Shown here: piece after piece, positions 58,626 through 64,000 of the stretch
How positions within the stretch are numbered: position 1 is the first letter of the stretch
Layout of the letters: every line of letters begins with the position of its first letter
Source: Tetramitus jugosus
Taxonomy: Eukaryota > Protista > Heterolobosea
Assembly: GCA_937625935.1 (NCBI GenBank)
Contig: OW569346.1
Span: 248,001-312,000, forward strand
Direction of reading: 5' to 3'
Length of the DNA: 64,000 nucleotides
Made by a program: the position numbers and the translations under genes
The notes under the pieces: generated by a model
Databases searched by the model: none
Seen by the model: the letters and a program-made list of their open reading frames with translations, nothing else
Told to the model about the DNA's origin: nothing

Positions 58626-58834
58626 GATGGAAATATGGAGATGGTGTGAGATTGACTGCTATTGTTGTTGCTGTTTGCGCTTTTTGAGAAATTGCACGAG
58701 CGGAATATTGGAATTTTCCTCGTTGTCCCTTTTCTTAGACCCTCGGAGAAACTAGCTTCGCAGTCGGAAAATAATCAGCCAAAAACTCAAAAAGCGAACC
58801 AGAAAAAAAAGCAAATCATAAAAGTGAGTGTGCA

Positions 58835-60485
58835 ATGTCAGCCAGTGCCATATACATTCTAGATCTCAAGGGAAAAACTCTAATCTTCAGAGATTACAGA
58901 GGAGATGTACCACACAATGTTATTGATAAATTTGTAAAGCGTGTAATTAAAGAAGAAGAGGAAGAAGATGTGCGACCAGTTTTTGAAGAGGGTGGATACT
59001 CCTTCTGCCACATTAAGCACACAAATCTGTATTGTATGTACTGTGTGCAGTGATGACTTTTTTGATCCATGTGCATTTTCCCTCCAAAAAAAACTAATTT
59101 CTCCGTCTCCACTGTAGTTGTATTGGTAACCAAGTACAATACCAATGTAGCCATGTTGCTGTCGTATCTGCATGGATTGATCAATGTTTTCAAGCACTAT
59201 TTTGAAGAAGTTGAAGAAGAATCAATCAAGGACAATTTTGTCGTAGTTTATGAGCTTTTGGATGAAATGATGGACTTTGGGTATCCACAGAGCACAGAAC
59301 CAAAGATTCTACAGGTTTGTATCACCCTTGTCTGTGCTTGCATTGCTGTGCTTTTTTTTTGTGTGTTTGTGTTTTTGATGATGTGCAAAAAAAATAGAGC
59401 CAAAAAGCTTACGCGCTCATTGCCAACTATGAATATAGGAGTTTATTAAAGCAGAGAGTCACAAGTTGAACATTATTGACACAAAAGCTCTTGTTGCTTC
59501 ACTGGGTGTTGGTGTCGGTGGCGGTGGTGGACTCAATCTTCAAAACCTTGTGGATGGCATCTCTGCTGGTGTCTCTCAATTGGCCAGCAACATTGGCAAT
59601 CAATTGACCAATGCCGAACCAGAGGACAATAGTGCTAAAATTACGATTCCAAAAGCATTTACGCAGACTGTCAGTTGGAGAGCCGAGGGTATCAAATACA
59701 AGAAGAATGAAGTGTTTTTGGATGTGATTGAATCGGTGAATATTCTCGTGGGAAGCAATGGCTCTACACTCCGATCCGAGATTTGTGGCTGTCTCAGAAT
59801 GAAAACCTATTTGAGTGGAATGCCAGAGTTGAAGCTCGGATTGAACGATAAGGTGTTGTTTGAGAATTTGGGTAGAAATGTGTCCAAGGGCAGAGCAGTC
59901 GATTTGGAAGATGTAAAGTTCCATCAGTGTGTGCGTTTGAATCGATTTGAATCCGAGAGAGTCATTAATTTTGTGCCACCGGATGGTGAGTTTGATTTGA
60001 TGACCTATCGATTGAGTACACGTGTGAAACCGTTGATTCTTGTCGATTGTCTCACTCATGTGCACTCAAAGACTCGTGTAGAATATGTTGTGCGAGCCAA
60101 AACTCAATTCAAGAAAAAATCTGTGGCTCAAAATGTTGAAATATTTATTCCAGTACCGAAAGACACTGCTGCTCCTTCGTTTAAGCCTACGATTGGCACT
60201 GCAGAGTACGCACCAGAAAAGGACTGCATCAAATGGAGCATTAAACAGTTCCAGGGAGGCAAAGAATACTTGTTGCGTGCTGAGATTAATCTGCCTACAG
60301 TCACCTCGAGTGATCCAGTGTCTCAAACAAAGAAGAAACCCATCGCGATCAATTTTGAAATTCCATACTTCACAGTGTCTGGTCTGCAGGTGAGATACTT
60401 GAAGATTATTGAGAAGACTGGTGTGACGGCTCTTCCTTGGGTGAGATATATTACTCAATCTGGTGAATATACTATTAGACAATAG
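58835..60485 (+). CDS. AP1M1: AP-1 complex mu subunit (2 introns)
   Basis: MSASAIYILDLKGK, DNFVVVYELLDEMMDFGYPQ, VSWRAEGIKYKKNEVFLD, FTVSGLQVRYLKI. Confidence 0.95.
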
Positions 60486-60621
60486 GAGGAGTAGTGAGTG
60501 GACCTTGTGCCTATAATTTTTGTTGTGTTTAATATTTTGTAAATTGAATAATATAAATATGCTTTGCAAATAGAACCAATGCTCAAAATTCTAGAGATTG
60601 GACGACTAAAAGGGAACGCAA

Positions 60622-61715
60622 TTACTGTACAGAGAAGTCCTTTGTGATAAATGGATGTCTTAATACGTCATCCAGATTCAAACGCTGGCTTGGTTCTCGC
60701 ACCAATAGTTTCCGTACTAGATCCCTTGCTTCTTCGGAGACATGTGAGGGAAAGTGATAATCTGCATTCTTAATCTTCTTGTATGTATCAACTTTCGTGT
60801 CTGTCAAAAATGGTGGTTGGCCAACTAAGAATTCATATGCGAGTACACCCAAACACCAAAGATCCACATTCAAGTCATGCGCTCTTCGTTCAATCATCTC
60901 GGGTGGTAGATAATCCAACGTACCACAAAGTGTCGTTCTTCTAGTGTTTGGAGCATGGACAGACCATCCAAAATCTGAAATTTTCAAATTGCCCTTGTCA
61001 TCCAATAGCAGATTCTCAGGCTTAATATCACGATGAATCACATGCTTCTCATGACAATATCTCAAAGCACCTGCCATTTGCCCAATATACTTTGAAGTTA
61101 ATCGCTCTGAGAACTTTTTCTTCATTTGCAAATGCTTGTACATTTCTCCATTGGCAGCATACTCTAGAATTAAATAAATTTTCTTCTCATCCCAAAAGTA
61201 CCCGTACATGCGCAACACATTCTTATGTCTGTCCATGGAAAGTTAGCTTCTTTTGTTACACTTGAAACCAAAAAAAACATGAATAACAAATTTTAGTCAT
61301 GTACGTACCTCATATTCGTTTGAATTTCAATTTCTCTTCTCAATTGATGAATCACATTCTCCTTCATAATTTGCTTCTTATCCAACACTTTTAATGCCAC
61401 TATTAAATGAGTTCTTCTCTCCCTTGCCAAATACACCTTTCCAAACTTTCCGTGTCCCAGTGGCTTTCCAACATCAAAGTCATCCAAGCACCATTGGCTC
61501 TTTGGTTCAGGGTAAACCAAGGATGGATGCATTGGATCAACGTTAGGACGTTGATTGGTTTGCGATGATCTCAATGATGTAGAACTCGGTCTTGTGGCAG
61601 TCGTCGTAGTTGTTGTACTCTTCCTTGGTACTTGGAAATGGTTGCCATGTGTCGATGGCTGACCGTTGTTGGCCTTGTAAATGTTTTCCTTCTCGGCAGC
61701 AGAATATCCTAGCAT
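60622..61715 (-). CDS. Aurora kinase (one intron)
   Basis: [48 protein letters not shown]; N-terminal KEN. Confidence 0.95.
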
Positions 61716-61907
61716 TGTTATTCACTCTTGCGATCGCTTTGTTCCAATTCTGTTTTTTGTGGTTGTCTTCTTCATTGCCACCTCAGCTTTCGAAAGCTTC
61801 GTTTCTTTGACAATTCCCAAGGATCGTTCCATCTTGTAACGGTCAGTTTCACGCGCCGAAAATTTTCTTGTTCAAATTTCTCCCACCACCAAAAAACAAA
61901 GAACAAA

Positions 61908-62816
61908 ATGTCCGTCAGAGCATCTTCCACTTCCACGAATATAGTGTCATATGCCATGGGTATTGACGAGGCAGGTAGAGGTCCTGTCCTTGGTCCCCTC
62001 GTTTATGGTACTGTTTTTTGTCGATCTGATTTCAAGGATCGTGTCAAGGAGGTTTTTAAAGTAAAGGACTCTAAGCAATTGTCCGCGGCCAACCGAACGA
62101 AAATCTTCCAACAGTTGGATGCAGCCACAGAAGACATTTCCTACTTTGTAAACGTTGTGTCTGCAGATGAAATTTCACAAAAGATGCTGCGCCGTCAAAA
62201 GTATTCCTTGAATCAGATTTCGTTCGATTGTGCCATTAGTTTGATTGAACAGGTGGTTCAAGAATTGGCAAGGAGGAGTGCTGATGATTCCAATGGCGTG
62301 CGGCATGTGCTCCAAGAGGTGTATGTGGACACTGTGGGCAAGCCTGCCAAGTATCAGAGTCTGCTTGAGGAGAAGTTTCCTCTGATTGATGACATTCAAG
62401 TGGCTGCCAAGGCTGATGACTTGTTTCCTATTGTTTCAGCTTCTTCTATCATTGCAAAAGTGGTTAGAGATAATATGATTGAGGGATTGTCTGCTGATAA
62501 GATTGGATCGGGTTATCCGGGAGATAAACATACAAAGGATTGGTTGGATGAGAATGCTGATGAGGTGTTTGGATTTGATGCGAGGTTGGTTCGTTTCTCG
62601 TGGAGTACGATTCCAAAACTCATGAGTGACGACAAATTTGCAACAATTGAATGGAGTGATGACGAAGAGGATGAGGACTCACAACAGACAAGCATGTTCA
62701 GTTTTGCCGTGGCAGGAAAGAATACGAGGATGACTGAAGAGCAAAGAGACACAAGTCTTAAACACCGAGACGATTTCTACAAGTCTAGAGGACTGAATAT
62801 TGTAACAAACTTTTAA
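61908..62816 (+). CDS. RNASEH2A: Ribonuclease H2 catalytic subunit A
   Basis: GIDEAGRGPVLGP, DSK, VDTVG, GSGYPGD, VRFSW. Confidence 0.95.
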   Translation: MSVRASSTSTNIVSYAMGIDEAGRGPVLGPLVYGTVFCRSDFKDRVKEVFKVKDSKQLSAANRTKIFQQLDAATEDISYFVNVVSADEISQKMLRRQKYSLNQISFDCAISLIEQVVQELARRSADDSNGVRHVLQEVYVDTVGKPAKYQSLLEEKFPLIDDIQVAAKADDLFPIVSASSIIAKVVRDNMIEGLSADKIGSGYPGDKHTKDWLDENADEVFGFDARLVRFSWSTIPKLMSDDKFATIEWSDDEEDEDSQQTSMFSFAVAGKNTRMTEEQRDTSLKHRDDFYKSRGLNIVTNF

Positions 62817-63094
62817 CCAATACAACACCAAAAGGTGTGGAGTACTTTGCTGTTTCCATTATACTTAATGCCAGTTTTGTGAACCTTTTATGGTGGTGTA
62901 ATTCAACACGAACTATCCAAATATGAGGTGAATTCCCGTAAAACCAGTTGTGAGCGGGAATTCACCGTTTGCGAGGAGTTTTGTTTCTACAGTGAGGTCA
63001 TTTCTTGGTGTGAAAGACCACTGATACCTTTCCAACAAGATCCTCCATCGACCTCTATCACTACAAACATAGATATCTTTACTTCACAAGAGAT

Positions 63095-63989
63095 ATGGTT
63101 GTGACAACAAAGACCAGTATCAAACCGCGCCCAAGTTCTGCCTCTCATCAGCGTCCAAAGTTAAACTCGAATTCTTGGAATCACAGTGGAAAAGCGACAG
63201 GCTCCAAATATTTGGAATCAAAAGACAAGCATTCAAAGAAGGAATCAAGATTTGTTCCTCGATTAGTAAATGTAAGTTACTTCGACGATCGTCATCATCC
63301 TCTTTTGCGAGACTCACACTATCATGTTGATATGTCATTCATAGGATGGTACGAGGAAGAAGATTATTGGGAGGGAAGTTCCAGACCATGGAGATATTGT
63401 TGGTCACAAAAAGTATGTTGTCGACGAAAAGAGCCCTCCCAGAGGAAAGATAACCTTCAACAATAAGAGAAACTATCAGAGTCCTGATCCAGGTCTCCGC
63501 CTCCATTTGAAGCGAGGTGAAGAAGATCGATACAAATCAAATTGGGCGTTGGACGGTTCACTAGTTGGTCCAGAGTCCCCTATTCCCAGAAGAAGGTGCA
63601 TTACACCGTCACAGACATTCCTATCGAATACAAGGACTGAAAAATCAGATCTTGTAGGAGTTCAACGAAAAGGAAGGCCTCAGAGTGCACCTCGAACGTC
63701 ACAATCCACTGAAGGTCTCTTGGATTACGAACCAGAAAAGTATAAAGGACTTGCTCAGGTTGAGTATCAACACTTTATCGGACAAGGCAACAGAAAGAGG
63801 ATTGCATCAGAACTGCTCAGATGCAGCACTTTCGATCCTTTCTCAACTGCCAGTTCCTCTACCTCCATTCTTCTTCCTGCTACTCATTACATCTTTTCCT
63901 CTGGTTCGAGCATGGAGATGCCAATAAGGCCTCGTGCTCTGTTGACATCCAATTCGAGTGGAGTGTCCTCTTCCTTGTCATGGTCATGA
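63095..63989 (+). CDS. Hypothetical multi-exon protein (structure uncertain)
   Basis: Consecutive ORFs with GT-AG signals, RPxSA motifs. Confidence 0.4.
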
Positions 63990-64000
63990 AAAAAATGTGA

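Noticed and set aside
62923-62970. SECIS element (ATGA-stem-AAA loop)
   Set aside because: The 3' side lacks the GA of the non-Watson-Crick quartet, and the upstream CDS has no in-frame TGA.

Overview
Gene-dense eukaryotic nuclear DNA with short GT-AG introns, tiny intergenic spaces and CAA-rich 5' regions. It comes from a flagellate protist (IFT139, IFT20). A bacterial-type FtsY and the overall architecture suggest a heterolobosean/Discoba, but this is inference. The window holds about 30 protein genes and two tRNA genes (Asn-GTT; intron-containing Ile-TAT). The standout is 8399-10565: four 5'-truncated non-LTR retrotransposon copies from at least three diverged subfamilies, stacked in one orientation just upstream of tRNA-Asn. 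Three have poly(A) tails and two have clear target-site duplications. After removing the later insertions, the TSDs/junctions map roughly 30-65 bp upstream of the tRNA, resembling Dictyostelium TRE5. Their 3' UTRs share covarying hairpins. Other points of interest are two candidate structured ncRNAs, a pseudo-G-alpha, a securin/APC-C-regulator-like protein and several bacterial-type genes.
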